Assembly (NCBI GenBank): GCA_965205025.1
Contig: CBDBFU010000032.1
Location: forward strand, 128,001 to 192,000
Length of the DNA stretch: 64,000 bases
Reading direction: 5' to 3'
Source of the DNA: Candidatus Poribacteria bacterium
Lineage (GTDB): Bacteria > Poribacteria > WGA-4E > WGA-3G
The translations under genes were made by a program, and so were the position numbers. The notes under the pieces were generated by a model. It had not been told where the DNA came from, did not search any database, and saw nothing but the letters and a program-made list of their open reading frames with translations. Positions 30,856-41,938 of the stretch are shown piece after piece (within the stretch, counting starts at the first letter, position 1; every line of letters begins with the position of its first letter).

Positions 30856-33444
30856 TTAGACTTCTTCTGAGTTGAATAAGAAACCATCATTAACATAATC
30901 AACACAAACTGCATCACCCTCTTTGAATTTACCTTCTAAGATATCAACTGCTAAGGGGTTGAGTATATCTCGTTGGATTGTTCGTCTGAGGGGTCGGGCT
31001 CCGTAGACTGTATCAAACCCTCGATTTACCAATTCTGTAGTAGCATTATCAGTTAATGATAGTGTCATTTCTTTCTCTGCAATTCGATCACTCAGTTGAG
31101 AAAGCTCAAGTGTAACAATCTGTTTTAACTCTTCAATTCCTAAACGCTCAAAGATTATAAGGTCATCAATACGGTTAAGAAATTCTGGAGGGAAATGTGA
31201 TTGTAATGCCTCCATAACTTTTTTACGAATATCATCAGGGGCAAGATGTGAATCGCTAATCCATTGACTGCCAATGTTAGATGTCATTATCACCACTGTA
31301 TTTTTAAAATCTACAGTACGTCCCTGTCCATCGGTCATTCTGCCATCATCAAGCATTTGTAAAAGGACATTAAACACTTCTGGATGTGCCTTTTCCACTT
31401 CATCAAGTAGAATTACAGAATAGGGTTTCCGTCTCACTGCTTCGGTTAGTTGCCCCCCTTCATCATAACCTACATATCCCGGTGGAGCTCCGATCAGGCG
31501 TGAAACAGTATGTTTCTCCATATACTCACTCATATCAATACGAACCATTGCATTAACATCGTCAAATAGGAATTCAGCCAGTGATTTGGCAAGATGTGTT
31601 TTACCAACCCCTGTTGGTCCCATAAACAAGAATGAACCTAATGGACGATCCGGATCACCAAGACCAACACGAGAACGTCTTATCGCATGAGATACTGCAG
31701 ATACAGCTTCAGATTGTCCAATGACATTTTCACATAGACGGTCTTCCATGTGGAGCAATTTTTCTGTTTCTCCTTCCATCAGACGGAAAACAGGAATTCC
31801 CGTCCATTTTGCCACTATTTCTGCAATATCTTCCGCACCGACACGTTCTTTTAATATATGTGTACCATTCAATTGGTCTTCTACAACTTCTCTAATAGAC
31901 TTTAGCCGTGTTTCAAGTTCTGGAATTTTACCGTATTCCAGTTCAGAGGCTTTTGTAAGATCACCTGTTCGTTTTGCTTGTTCTGATCCTTTACGTAAGA
32001 CATCAATTTGTTCCATCAAGTTACGGATTTCAACAATTTTCTCTTTTTCATTCTTCCAATTTGCCTTGAGGACATCTGAATTTTCCTTTAATTCCGCAAG
32101 TTCAGCAATTAGTTTCTCTAATCGTTGTTTAGATGCATCATCCTCTTCCTTTTCAAGAGCCTGTTGTTCAATCTGCAATTGAATAATTCTACGTTCAACT
32201 TCATCAATCTGTTCTGGAACACTATCAATTTCAATCCGTAATCTGGATGAGGCTTCATCTACTAAATCTACTGCTTTATCAGGGAGAAAACGGTCTGCAA
32301 TATATCTTTGAGATAAGGTTGCAGCTGCAACGATAGCATTGTCTTGTATTTGTACACCGTGATGTGTTTCATACTTCTCTTTTAACCCCCTAAGGATAGC
32401 AATGGTATCTTCTACAGATGGTTCTTGAACCATGACAGGTTGGAATCTACGTTCAAGTGCTGCATCTTTTTCTATATGCTTACGGTATTCGTCAAGCGTG
32501 GTAGCACCAATACAACGTAATTCTCCCCGTGCCAAAGCAGGTTTTAGCATATTTGATGCGTCAACTGCTCCTTCAGCGGCACCAGCTCCTACAATTGTAT
32601 GAAGTTCGTCAATAAATAGAATTACCTCGCCTTCTGCTTGTTCGATATCAGAAAGTACAGCTTTTAAACGATCTTCAAATTCTCCACGATATTTACTACC
32701 AGCAATTAATGCCCCTAAATCTAACGCGATAAGTTTCTTCTCTCGAAGACTTTCAGGCACATCACCATCTGTTATCCGTTGTGCTAATCCTTCTACAATA
32801 GCAGTTTTTCCTACACCAGGTTCGCCAATGAGGACAGGATTATTCTTTCGTCTCCGTGAAAGAACTTGCATGACACGTCGAATTTCATCATCACGTCCTA
32901 TAACAGGATCGAGTTTTCCTGTCATAGCTTCATGTGTAAGTTCTCTACCAAAACGTTCAAGTGCTTGATACTTATCTTCAGGATTTTGATCTGTAATGCG
33001 TTGGTTTCCGCGGATATCAACAAGTGCTTTTAGAATCTTATCTTTTGTCGCACCGGCATTACGGAGAATTTCTCCAACTTTACCTTTTTTATCTTCAGTA
33101 CAAGCAATGAGAAGGTGTTCTGTACTGATATATTCATCTTTTAGTGTTGTTGCTTCTTTCTGAGCTGACTCAAGAACACCTTGCAGTGACTGTGAAACTC
33201 GTAAATCAGAATCTACCCCTTGGACTTTAGGAGAATTCTGAATTATATCTTTAAGTTTAGTTATAATTTCCTCTGTATCTACACCTATTTTTTGACATAT
33301 TGGTACAACAATTCCATCTGCTTGTTCCATTAGGGACAATACTAAGTGTTCAATACTTAGTTCAGGATTTTTAGCTTCGCTTGCAATGTTTTGTGCATTA
33401 TGTAATGCTTCTTGTGCTTTTAATGTAAATCTATCTAATCTCAT
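30856..33444 (-). CDS. clpB: ATP-dependent chaperone ClpB
   Basis: Two AAA+ modules ([16 protein letters not shown]), coiled-coil middle domain, RIDMSEYME and GARPL. Confidence 0.97.
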   Translation of the reverse strand: MRLDRFTLKAQEALHNAQNIASEAKNPELSIEHLVLSLMEQADGIVVPICQKIGVDTEEIITKLKDIIQNSPKVQGVDSDLRVSQSLQGVLESAQKEATTLKDEYISTEHLLIACTEDKKGKVGEILRNAGATKDKILKALVDIRGNQRITDQNPEDKYQALERFGRELTHEAMTGKLDPVIGRDDEIRRVMQVLSRRRKNNPVLIGEPGVGKTAIVEGLAQRITDGDVPESLREKKLIALDLGALIAGSKYRGEFEDRLKAVLSDIEQAEGEVILFIDELHTIVGAGAAEGAVDASNMLKPALARGELRCIGATTLDEYRKHIEKDAALERRFQPVMVQEPSVEDTIAILRGLKEKYETHHGVQIQDNAIVAAATLSQRYIADRFLPDKAVDLVDEASSRLRIEIDSVPEQIDEVERRIIQLQIEQQALEKEEDDASKQRLEKLIAELAELKENSDVLKANWKNEKEKIVEIRNLMEQIDVLRKGSEQAKRTGDLTKASELEYGKIPELETRLKSIREVVEDQLNGTHILKERVGAEDIAEIVAKWTGIPVFRLMEGETEKLLHMEDRLCENVIGQSEAVSAVSHAIRRSRVGLGDPDRPLGSFLFMGPTGVGKTHLAKSLAEFLFDDVNAMVRIDMSEYMEKHTVSRLIGAPPGYVGYDEGGQLTEAVRRKPYSVILLDEVEKAHPEVFNVLLQMLDDGRMTDGQGRTVDFKNTVVIMTSNIGSQWISDSHLAPDDIRKKVMEALQSHFPPEFLNRIDDLIIFERLGIEELKQIVTLELSQLSDRIAEKEMTLSLTDNATTELVNRGFDTVYGARPLRRTIQRDILNPLAVDILEGKFKEGDAVCVDYVNDGFLFNSEEV

Positions 33445-33481
33445 TTCTATTCACCTCACTAAAATTCTATAGTAAATACTG

Positions 33482-33498
33482 AGCAATAACTGTGCCAA
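33482..33498 (-). promoter_or_regulatory. Sigma54 (-24/-12) promoter of clpB
   Basis: Minus strand TTGGCAC-AGTTA-TTGCT, about 38 nt upstream of the clpB ATG. Confidence 0.75.
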
Positions 33499-33599
33499 TC
33501 TAATGTGTGTTTAATTGTCATTATTTAGGTACATAGATTTACATATTGGCACTCTTTATGTCAATTTGACAAGTTGAATGGGATATAAACATAAAAGCA

Positions 33600-33632
33600 A
33601 GAAGCACGATAGGTAATACCTATCGTGCTTCT
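33600..33632. terminator. Intrinsic terminator-like hairpin after the LamG genes
   Basis: agaagcacgataggta-a-tacctatcgtgcttct perfect inverted repeat. Confidence 0.7.
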
Positions 33633-33662
33633 GATTTCAAATTCAATTTCAAATGTAGGAAT

Positions 33663-34490
33663 CTACTGTAACATACGATGTGATTTAAGAGCACCCCATG
33701 TTGTAGTGGATTTTCCTTGTGCTTCAACATTAGTTGACTGTAGTATACTTGCGAATTCAGCAAAATCACTTGAATCAAATGGAGAATTATATACAAGTAC
33801 TTCATCAATCATGCCGCCGAAATAATGTATATTAGTCCCTGCCCCATCGTCATCATGGAAGACGACATTTGCATTAGTATGTGCTATACCGTTATCATCT
33901 CCGTGTGCAAAAATTTGCCCACCGGGTTCACTTGCGATTTTCTCACCATCTAACCACATTTCAAATATGTCATCTTGCACTTCATTAGTTCCGTTTCGTA
34001 ATACCAAGGCAACATGATACCATCTGTTAGATTCGATATCTGCAGAGGGCCATGCACCTGCCCATTGATATTCCGCTCGATTCCATGCACCGACATAAAC
34101 TTTACCACCAATGACATTTAGCACTAAACCACGTGTACGGCCACCCTCTTCAAAGATTGTCTGTTTGTGATCTGTGATACTAACATCAGAACAGTTAAAG
34201 AATGCTGCAATTGTTCTATTAGTAAACGGTCCACCTGTATTTAAGCCATTGGAATCGGGGAGTTTGACTCCATCATCTACACCATCAAATTTAAGTGCTT
34301 TTCCAACAATACCATCAACAACTTCAGGATCACCAACAAATGTTCCGTTTACATCTTTTCCGGAAGTATCTGCTGCATCACCTTCATCAAAAGTCCAAAT
34401 TGCTTGTGCGGTCTCTTCGTCTCTTTGCGCATAGACTGACAAGGATAATAACATAAGTAAAATACTAAAAACTGTGAAGATCTTTATCAT
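33663..34490 (-). CDS. Secreted LamG-like jellyroll protein with a VExxGKxTTTWG C-terminal motif
   Basis: Signal peptide, W.FDEG, GKALKFDG, WYHVA, FGGMIDEV and VEAQGKSTTTWGALK. Confidence 0.88.
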   Translation of the reverse strand: MIKIFTVFSILLMLLSLSVYAQRDEETAQAIWTFDEGDAADTSGKDVNGTFVGDPEVVDGIVGKALKFDGVDDGVKLPDSNGLNTGGPFTNRTIAAFFNCSDVSITDHKQTIFEEGGRTRGLVLNVIGGKVYVGAWNRAEYQWAGAWPSADIESNRWYHVALVLRNGTNEVQDDIFEMWLDGEKIASEPGGQIFAHGDDNGIAHTNANVVFHDDDGAGTNIHYFGGMIDEVLVYNSPFDSSDFAEFASILQSTNVEAQGKSTTTWGALKSHRMLQ

Positions 34491-34614
34491 TTTATTTTCT
34501 CCTATGATTGATGCAGAGTGTTCCCTGCGTAATAGAAAATAGGTCTAATATGAAAAATTTCAGACATAATTAACACTATTAAGGAATCAGAATTTATTTC
34601 TATTCTGTTATGTT

Positions 34615-35466
34615 TTAGAATCTCTGTCTTTTGATTCTTGACCACATTGTAGTAAATTTGTCTTCAGGTTCAACACTTAAGGCACCAGCGAGATTGGCAA
34701 AATCATTTTTGTTGAATGCTGATCCATATACAATGACTTCATCAATTACCCCATCAAACCAATCTATGTTGCTACCACTCCCAAGATCATCATGATAGAC
34801 TGTGTTTTGATTTACGAAACCAATTCCAGTATCATCCCCATGGGGATGTAGTTGACCCCCATCAGCTTTATCGTGTAGTTTTCCATCTAACCACATTTCA
34901 AATTTGTCTTTTTCTACTTTTCCAGTTGCGTCTCGTATTACTAAACCGACATGGTACCATTGATTTGACTTAATATCTGCAGATAACCATTTTCCCTGCC
35001 AGTTATACTCAGCGCGATTCCAACCCCCGATATAAACTTTCCCATCATGAACATAAAGCACTAAGCCTCGTGTTCGACCCCCTTCTTCAAAAATCACCTG
35101 TTTAGTATTCTTATTAACATCATTACATTTGAAGAGAGCGCCAATAGTTCGATTCGTAAAAATATTTGTAATATTTATTCTGGGAGAATCAGGAATCTTA
35201 ATGCCATCACTTTGACCATTAAATTCCAATGCTTTATTGGATATACCCGTCACTGATTTTGGATTACCAACAAGAACTCCATTTAATGAATGTTTTGAAG
35301 TATCATTTGCTGTTCCATCATCAAAGGTCCATATTCCTGCAACTGTGGCTTCATCTCTTTGTGCATTTGCAGGAACATTAAACATAAACGATAATAGCAG
35401 GAAACTGATACAAGAAAGAATGATTGTCTTACTGGAAAAGTTTAATGAAATATTCTTTAGGATCAT
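34615..35466 (-). CDS. Secreted LamG-like jellyroll protein (tandem paralog)
   Basis: Shares IFEEGGRTRGL and WNRAEY with its neighbour; ends VEPEDKFTTMWSRIK. Confidence 0.88.
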   Translation of the reverse strand: MILKNISLNFSSKTIILSCISFLLLSFMFNVPANAQRDEATVAGIWTFDDGTANDTSKHSLNGVLVGNPKSVTGISNKALEFNGQSDGIKIPDSPRINITNIFTNRTIGALFKCNDVNKNTKQVIFEEGGRTRGLVLYVHDGKVYIGGWNRAEYNWQGKWLSADIKSNQWYHVGLVIRDATGKVEKDKFEMWLDGKLHDKADGGQLHPHGDDTGIGFVNQNTVYHDDLGSGSNIDWFDGVIDEVIVYGSAFNKNDFANLAGALSVEPEDKFTTMWSRIKRQRF

Positions 35467-35658
35467 ATAAATTCCTCCATAAATATACTGATCTTTTTTG
35501 CTAATATAACAATACCTTGCTATATTATATTTTACAAAGTTTGCATTTTATGTCAATTCTTTTATGTTCAATAGATTATTAAACTATTAATAGTCGTATA
35601 TGATAGAATTAAGTCCATAGTAATTCTATGTGTGTAGAAAATGATAGAATATAGATTC

Positions 35659-36585
35659 CTATTCAATATCGTTGCTATCAGATAACGAATGAACTAAATC
35701 CCGTGCTTGAATAACAGTTTCTTCATCTCCATACCTAATTTCTAATAACTTAATAATATCAGATGGTATGTCAGGGAATACTTCATCCCACGCCAAGTCT
35801 CCTGAACCAGGAGGGTGATACATATCAAGATCTTGTAAATCATGGAGTGATACTCCTATAAGATATTCACTATATGATTTCACCCATTCATAGGACCAAG
35901 TTAGTCCTAATTTTTCTTGATATGCAGCATGTCCATGATTATGCCAATAACGCATTGGACTTCCATAGAATTCTTCAAAGAATAGACCTACTTCATCAAA
36001 ATTGGGTATCTGGTAGTAGTGGGCAGGATTCTCAATTGCAATGTGTAGGTCCATTTTTAGTGCATTTTCATTAAGCTCATCAAGGCTTCGAAGTACAGCA
36101 TCTCTATGTTTTACCTCTTTTCGTTTTCTCCACTCTGTAGCTTCAGTTACTTTTTCATTAAATGCTTCAAATTCCCTTTCACCATATTCGTATAGGTCGG
36201 TCATAAGGTACGATCTATCGTATGTGTCTACCTCCCCAAGTCTAAGCACAACAGTAGGAACTTCTAAATCTATTGCATGTTGCATCGTCTGAAGCGTTCT
36301 TCGGATAGCTTCATTCCGTTCATCATTATTTAAACTTGATAATGATATCTTGTCGTTATCTGATTCAGTTGGTATAATTCCAGGGAGAATTGGACAAAAA
36401 TTATGGATAGAACAAGGAGGGATTTGTCCAATTTCTTTAAGCATCGGTTTGAGCTGTTCAATCTGATCCTGAGTGAGATGTCGACTAAGTGCGATGATTT
36501 CAAAACCGAGATCTTTCAACTCATCAAACATTGCAGCCCCATCCGGTTGCTTAAAAGCGTTCCACATTGTTGAGATTGCTACCAT
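35659..36585 (-). CDS. Sugar phosphate isomerase/epimerase-like TIM barrel
   Basis: SIHNFCP, AIEN, WHNHGHA, LHD and HPPGSG motifs. Confidence 0.8.
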   Translation of the reverse strand: MVAISTMWNAFKQPDGAAMFDELKDLGFEIIALSRHLTQDQIEQLKPMLKEIGQIPPCSIHNFCPILPGIIPTESDNDKISLSSLNNDERNEAIRRTLQTMQHAIDLEVPTVVLRLGEVDTYDRSYLMTDLYEYGEREFEAFNEKVTEATEWRKRKEVKHRDAVLRSLDELNENALKMDLHIAIENPAHYYQIPNFDEVGLFFEEFYGSPMRYWHNHGHAAYQEKLGLTWSYEWVKSYSEYLIGVSLHDLQDLDMYHPPGSGDLAWDEVFPDIPSDIIKLLEIRYGDEETVIQARDLVHSLSDSNDIE

Positions 36586-36652
36586 AGTCTTTCCAGTTTT
36601 GTGTGAAATGATCTGAATATAGTGGATACACCTTCAATACATAATGGGTAGT

Positions 36653-37267
36653 TTAAAGTATAGCGTTAGGTAAGCTTACTATTCGTCCTTCAACTTGGAT
36701 TTTACCTTGTGCGAATAGTTTGATAACTTTTGGGTATAGATCATGTTCTTCTACCTGAATACGCTCATGAAGACTTTCTTCAGTGTCTGTATCATAGACA
36801 GGAACTACCCTCTGAGCAATGATTGGACCGGTATCTACATTTTCATCAACGAAATGCACAGTTACACCCGTAACCTTAACTCCGTAAGCTAATGAATCTG
36901 CTACAGGTGTAGCCCCAGGAAATGCTGGTAATATACTGGGATGGATATTTATAATGCGATTGCGGAATTTACTGACAAATGGTGATTGGAATAGTTTCAT
37001 ATAACCGGCAAGAACAATCAATTCAACAGAATATTCGTCAATTATATGTGAGATTGCCTCATCAAAAAGTATGCGATTTTCATAGTCTTGTGCATTTACT
37101 ACGTGGGTTGGGATTCCAGCTGTTTTTGCGCGAGTCAATGCATAAGCGTTTTTTCTATCACTAATCACAACAACGATTTCTATGTCTGATGTTGAGTCAG
37201 TGTGTAGTTTATCAATTAAGGTTTGTAGATTCGTACCGCTTCCTGAAACAAGTACTGCAATTTTCAC
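36653..37267 (-). CDS. purN: Phosphoribosylglycinamide formyltransferase
   Basis: VSGSGTNLQ, LAGYM, INIHPS.LP.FPG, HFVDE.VDTGPII and EH motifs. Confidence 0.97.
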   Translation of the reverse strand: MKIAVLVSGSGTNLQTLIDKLHTDSTSDIEIVVVISDRKNAYALTRAKTAGIPTHVVNAQDYENRILFDEAISHIIDEYSVELIVLAGYMKLFQSPFVSKFRNRIINIHPSILPAFPGATPVADSLAYGVKVTGVTVHFVDENVDTGPIIAQRVVPVYDTDTEESLHERIQVEEHDLYPKVIKLFAQGKIQVEGRIVSLPNAIL

Positions 37268-37333
37268 TATTAATCTCTTTCTAACAAAGTTATACCATTC
37301 TATAAATTTTATCGTATCTCCAGTGAGATGTAA

Positions 37334-39139
37334 TTACCAGAAGTTGTTATTCGTAGAATGTCCATTAGGCATTGGAACCCATATACCACCAGTTTCTATT
37401 GTCACTTCCTGCTGAAAATCGTCATAAACTCCAATAACACTTACAACCACATGCATTTCCTCAAGGTATTGTATCGTTGCAGCTGCCGATGTATTCTTTG
37501 CAATTGGTTCATCAGTAATGAGTATGATATGTGTCGTGGCATCCGGACGCAACTTAATTCGTTGCAATCCTTCCGATACAGCCTCTAACAGATTCTCATC
37601 TTGTTGACATGGTAGTTCTATGATCTTATTAATTTGCTCAAATGATTGTGGAGGATTGTAGACATTCACAATGTTTAAAGAACCCCGAGCACGAAACCGC
37701 ACCACACCAATTTGATAGTCAATTAACGAGTTATCCCAATCCCGGATCCATTGACCCAATTGCTGTGTCAACTGTGCTATTTTGTTCTCCATGCTACCAC
37801 TACCATCAATAAAAAGTACAATATCTATTGGTGTATTTCCTGCCTGATTTAGTAAAGATTTTCCAATTCTCTGTACCTGAGTCCACTTTGCTCTCCCTAA
37901 ATATTGAGCAATTGTCTTTGGTGTTTGTGGTCTAAATGATCGTTGCCCTCTTTGTATTGTTCTGGGATTAACAGGTATTGCATGCCACTTACCGTTTGTT
38001 TGTGATGCGAGTTGTTTGTGTTCCTCGTCCTGAATACCCAATACATTTACATATATTCCATATTCTCTACAGAGTGTGATTGAATCCTCAGTTTTAATCC
38101 CATCTAAACTGGTGAAGGGTTCATCTGTAACGATGATTAGATGTTTTTTGGATGTAGCACGGAAGCGAAGTTCACTAACAGTTTGTTCTATAGCATCCAA
38201 GGCATTTTCATCACCACGTGGGACAATAGCATATAAATCTTGTTTATATTGGTTCAGATTCTTAGTCAGTTGTAGTACTTTAATTCTATTGAGCTTTTTT
38301 GGTGAAGAAAATTCTGTTAATCCAAGTTGATAATCAATGTTGGATGATTTATATACATCAATCATTTCTGTTAGATGTTCTGCGACTGCCTTGATATTGT
38401 CTCCCATACTACCACTTGCATCTACAACAAAGACAACATCAATTGGTCCACCATCACTTGTTTCAGCAATCTCGGTTGCGAGATTCTTCATCACAGAACT
38501 GAATGGTATATAAGGTAATGCAGGTTTATTTCCAGGTTGTAAGTAAGATTTATTTCCAGATTCATCTCCAAAACCTGTTTCCACAACATCATCGTCACTT
38601 ACGCCTGGTCCAGTAACATCAAGCGTTGATCGTGGAGATTTTCGTGGTACACCTACATCACCTGTTCGTTTTGTTCCTAATGTATCACCAAAGGTTGGTT
38701 GTGCAGCTTCTGTTTTAGACAATCCATTTTCAACTTCACGAAGTTCTCTGACTGCGGTACTAACATCAATAGTTTCATCAGGAGTAGTATTTGTATGATC
38801 CAGTCTTGGTTTAACTGTCACAATCGGAGCATCCTCAATTGTCTTAGGTTGAAAACTCATTTCAGGTACGATTGCTTGTATTTTAGCAATTGAATTCTCT
38901 GCAGGTTCATAGACTGTAGGTTTCCGTTGTTGAATAGGGTGTTTCTTAGGTAGTTTGGTAGGAGATGGTTTTGGTATTGTTGTTATGTCAGCATCCATCT
39001 TATCTTGGAATAGAGGAATCGGTTGATTCATAACAGCAAAATAGAACATCGTAATAGCAAAGGTTAAATGAAGCACCATTGAAAAAACCAAAGCTTTTCG
39101 AGTGATTGATCTTCTGATATGTTTGGAAATTTTTATCAT
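37334..39139 (-). CDS. Membrane-anchored protein with two vWA domains
   Basis: N-terminal TM (SMVLH); two MIDAS motifs DASGSM and DGSGSM, each followed by EN and TDE. Confidence 0.85.
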   Translation of the reverse strand: MIKISKHIRRSITRKALVFSMVLHLTFAITMFYFAVMNQPIPLFQDKMDADITTIPKPSPTKLPKKHPIQQRKPTVYEPAENSIAKIQAIVPEMSFQPKTIEDAPIVTVKPRLDHTNTTPDETIDVSTAVRELREVENGLSKTEAAQPTFGDTLGTKRTGDVGVPRKSPRSTLDVTGPGVSDDDVVETGFGDESGNKSYLQPGNKPALPYIPFSSVMKNLATEIAETSDGGPIDVVFVVDASGSMGDNIKAVAEHLTEMIDVYKSSNIDYQLGLTEFSSPKKLNRIKVLQLTKNLNQYKQDLYAIVPRGDENALDAIEQTVSELRFRATSKKHLIIVTDEPFTSLDGIKTEDSITLCREYGIYVNVLGIQDEEHKQLASQTNGKWHAIPVNPRTIQRGQRSFRPQTPKTIAQYLGRAKWTQVQRIGKSLLNQAGNTPIDIVLFIDGSGSMENKIAQLTQQLGQWIRDWDNSLIDYQIGVVRFRARGSLNIVNVYNPPQSFEQINKIIELPCQQDENLLEAVSEGLQRIKLRPDATTHIILITDEPIAKNTSAAATIQYLEEMHVVVSVIGVYDDFQQEVTIETGGIWVPMPNGHSTNNNFW

Positions 39140-39152
39140 TGTCTTATCCTGA

Positions 39153-39686
39153 TTAACGTGTTTTAAGTGTACGTTTTGGTTCTTTTTGTGTAATTACCTC
39201 AAAAGAAATGAGTCTTTCCTGCGGGTTATCTATTGATTGTGAATTGAAATTGGTGAATAGATTTAATTTCTCTATCCGAGGTGAGTAGAGTGTCGCACCA
39301 ATCATTATAAATAGACCAAATATAAAACTGAACATAAACACTGGATTGGATACACTAATGTTACTTCGAAACCAGAACTGTATACTATTGATTATACTAA
39401 CAATACGGTTGGACGCTACTGGTTTCACTTTAGAACGAATATAAAATGTATTAGCTTTTGACATTACAGCATCAATAAAGTTGTCAGAAGCTTTGATGGG
39501 TTCAATGAATCGTAATGTACTATCTGTATGTTGCATTATCTTAACTTGAGATGAACAATCAAGACATTGCTTCAAATGCATTTGGATTCTAAGTCGTTTC
39601 CAGTGTGCTAATTCTTTATCTAAGTAGGCAGATAGATTTGTCTGAATAGATTTACATTCATTTGTATTAGATTTTAGCATTGACAT
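39153..39686 (-). CDS. Zinc-finger (zf-HC2) anti-sigma factor
   Basis: LSAYLDKEL...HLKQCLDC plus a TM segment; overlaps the ECF sigma gene. Confidence 0.88.
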   Translation of the reverse strand: MSMLKSNTNECKSIQTNLSAYLDKELAHWKRLRIQMHLKQCLDCSSQVKIMQHTDSTLRFIEPIKASDNFIDAVMSKANTFYIRSKVKPVASNRIVSIINSIQFWFRSNISVSNPVFMFSFIFGLFIMIGATLYSPRIEKLNLFTNFNSQSIDNPQERLISFEVITQKEPKRTLKTR

Positions 39687-40278
39687 TTCCCCCTATTCCT
39701 ACTTTTTTTAATTGTTTTTTCATGTTTTGGCGTGCACGATGAATTAACGACTTAATGGCACCAACTGAGCATTCAAGAATTTCCGCGATTTCATCGTAGG
39801 AAAGTTCTTGATAGGTAACAAGTGTTAATGCAAGTCTTTGATTTTCAGGTAACTCATTGAGCGCTTTTTTAATCAGTTGTTGACGTTCTTTCTGTTCAAG
39901 AAGAATGTCTGGTTGATGGCGTGTATCTGTCATAATAGTAGAATGATAAATATCCTCACCTTCATCAACCATATCATCTAATAAGTAAGTATTCCTACGG
40001 ATTCGATTACGAATTTCGTTGCGAGATAAGTTTGTCGCGATGGTATATAACCAATTTTTAAATGCTGCTTTTGGTTTATATCGTGGTGCACTTTTCAATA
40101 CACGTAAAAATGTCTCTTGCGCAAGATCTTCAGCACGATGATAGTCGTTGATTGTTAAGTGTATATAGTTAACGATAGCATCTTGATATCTTCTTACCAG
40201 AAGTTCAAATGCACTCATATCACCTTTGCCACATTCCAACATCAAATCTTCGTCAGATACATACATTGCAATCTCCAA
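39667..40278 (-). CDS. ECF sigma-70 family RNA polymerase sigma factor
   Basis: AEDLAQETF, WLYTIATN, LPENQR and SYDEIAEIL..SVGAIKSLIHRAR. Confidence 0.93.
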   Translation of the reverse strand: MEIAMYVSDEDLMLECGKGDMSAFELLVRRYQDAIVNYIHLTINDYHRAEDLAQETFLRVLKSAPRYKPKAAFKNWLYTIATNLSRNEIRNRIRRNTYLLDDMVDEGEDIYHSTIMTDTRHQPDILLEQKERQQLIKKALNELPENQRLALTLVTYQELSYDEIAEILECSVGAIKSLIHRARQNMKKQLKKVGIGGNVNAKI

Positions 40279-40310
40279 CTTTCAAATTTACAGTCTAAAC
40301 AACGATTGTA

Positions 40311-40940
40311 TTATTCTTCTTCAGAAACTTCTGATTTAACTGGTCTATACGGTTTTGTAGCATTTATTTTATTCAGCATAGCAGTTTTAAAGGCAGTTAT
40401 TGCTTCTCTACGTTTACCTTGAAGGGTATAAAGTGCCCCCAGTTCAGAAAACAACTCAGGATTATCAGGTCTGATTTTTGTCGCCTGTTCATATACAGAA
40501 ATAGCATCATCATAACGTTTTAATAATCGATAAATATCCGCAAGATTTGTATAAGATTCAATTTCATTAGGTTCACAAGTTATTGCCTTCTTGTAGGCAT
40601 CTATTGCTTTATCATAGTCATTTAACATGAAATAAGCCAAACCAAGATGGAAATGTGCCTCTGCTGAATCATTATTGTATTGTATTACTTGAAGAAATTC
40701 TTGGATTGCTTTTTCATATTCTCGGGATTTTAATGCTTCAGCTCCTTGTTTCAAATGTTTTGATATTGTTTGATGTAGGTGTATGTCTAACCGACCACGT
40801 TGTATAAATCTCTTCTGGAGTATTTCATTCGTTATTTTGGCACTATCTTGTGTTAAGGAAGATGTCATGGTCTCACCATCATTTGATTTCTTCTGTTCAT
40901 TTGATGGCATATTATCATCGTTCTTCTTATCATTATCCAT
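40311..40940 (-). CDS. Tetratricopeptide-repeat protein
   Basis: AEAHFHLGLAY, YTNLADIY and FSELGALY TPR helices. Confidence 0.85.
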   Translation of the reverse strand: MDNDKKNDDNMPSNEQKKSNDGETMTSSLTQDSAKITNEILQKRFIQRGRLDIHLHQTISKHLKQGAEALKSREYEKAIQEFLQVIQYNNDSAEAHFHLGLAYFMLNDYDKAIDAYKKAITCEPNEIESYTNLADIYRLLKRYDDAISVYEQATKIRPDNPELFSELGALYTLQGKRREAITAFKTAMLNKINATKPYRPVKSEVSEEE

Positions 40941-41038
40941 ATTTAAACTCTAATGTTGAGGAGAATCCTACTGTTATAACACCCCAAATTTTGGAAAGTA
41001 ACGCATTTTTCTTTAGTCAAGATAATTACTTCCATATT

Positions 41039-41938
41039 TTATACTGCAATTCGAAATCCGAGTACAAATTCAGAATAATCCTTGCTGAAGAAATCGAAAC
41101 TGGTACATGTACTATAGTCGTGGTTGTAATACCAAGATCCTCCACAAGCAACTCCGAATTGACCTTCATCGTCATAGTCTGTTGCTGTCCATTCCCATAC
41201 ATTACCAATCATATCATAACAACCAAAAGGACTGATTCCATCATAAAATGAAACGACAGGTGTGGTATTTTCTGCTCCGAGTTCAGCGGTATTACAACGC
41301 GGCTTATCAATCTCATTACCCCAAGGAAAAAGTCTATCGTCATATCCACGTGCACAATATTGCCATTCTTGGAAAGTAGGTAATCTACCATTGATATGAT
41401 TGGCATATACTTCAGCATCTCCACTACTAATCCAAATTACTGGGTGGTCCCCTTTTAGCTCATAACATGTGTAATCCAAATCGGGATTGTCATCATGTGT
41501 GTCACTCAACCAATGTTTAGGTGGATTGTATAGGGTTTCTTGTATAAACTGAAAGTATTGTGCGTTAGTTACAGGGTAGACACCTATCTCAAATTCATTC
41601 ACCTCAACAGGTATGCCTTCTTCTCCTATAAGAGCTGTACCTTTAGGAATAGGAAGTCTTGCGTTAAGGATTTGTAAAGCTGCAATACGGACTTCTTCTT
41701 CTGGATGAGCAAGTGCGTATCCAATAGGAGAAACCACTTCACCTACTGGAGGGGTCGTAAGTTGAGGTACATTTTCCCATTCCAAGTCTGTCTTTAATAA
41801 CAGATTGACAGCATCAAAGAATGAATCCTCATAATACCAAGTCCAATAATTGTTTAGTAATTTTTTAAATGCCTCAGGACTACCATCTTCCAATAATGAA
41901 ATTCTTGATGCTTTCGGTTTTGAAGGGTTTAGTAGCAT
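41039..41938 (-). CDS. FGE/SUMF1-domain protein
   Basis: YPVTNAQY, HPV, RLPT..EW, FPWG, DMIGNVWEW, GGSW and GFR motifs. Confidence 0.88.
   Translation of the reverse strand: MLLNPSKPKASRISLLEDGSPEAFKKLLNNYWTWYYEDSFFDAVNLLLKTDLEWENVPQLTTPPVGEVVSPIGYALAHPEEEVRIAALQILNARLPIPKGTALIGEEGIPVEVNEFEIGVYPVTNAQYFQFIQETLYNPPKHWLSDTHDDNPDLDYTCYELKGDHPVIWISSGDAEVYANHINGRLPTFQEWQYCARGYDDRLFPWGNEIDKPRCNTAELGAENTTPVVSFYDGISPFGCYDMIGNVWEWTATDYDDEGQFGVACGGSWYYNHDYSTCTSFDFFSKDYSEFVLGFRIAV

Noticed and set aside
33546-33572. CIRCE (HrcA) operator upstream of clpB
   Set aside because: Only the ttggcactc half-site is present; the second half does not match GAGTGCTAA.
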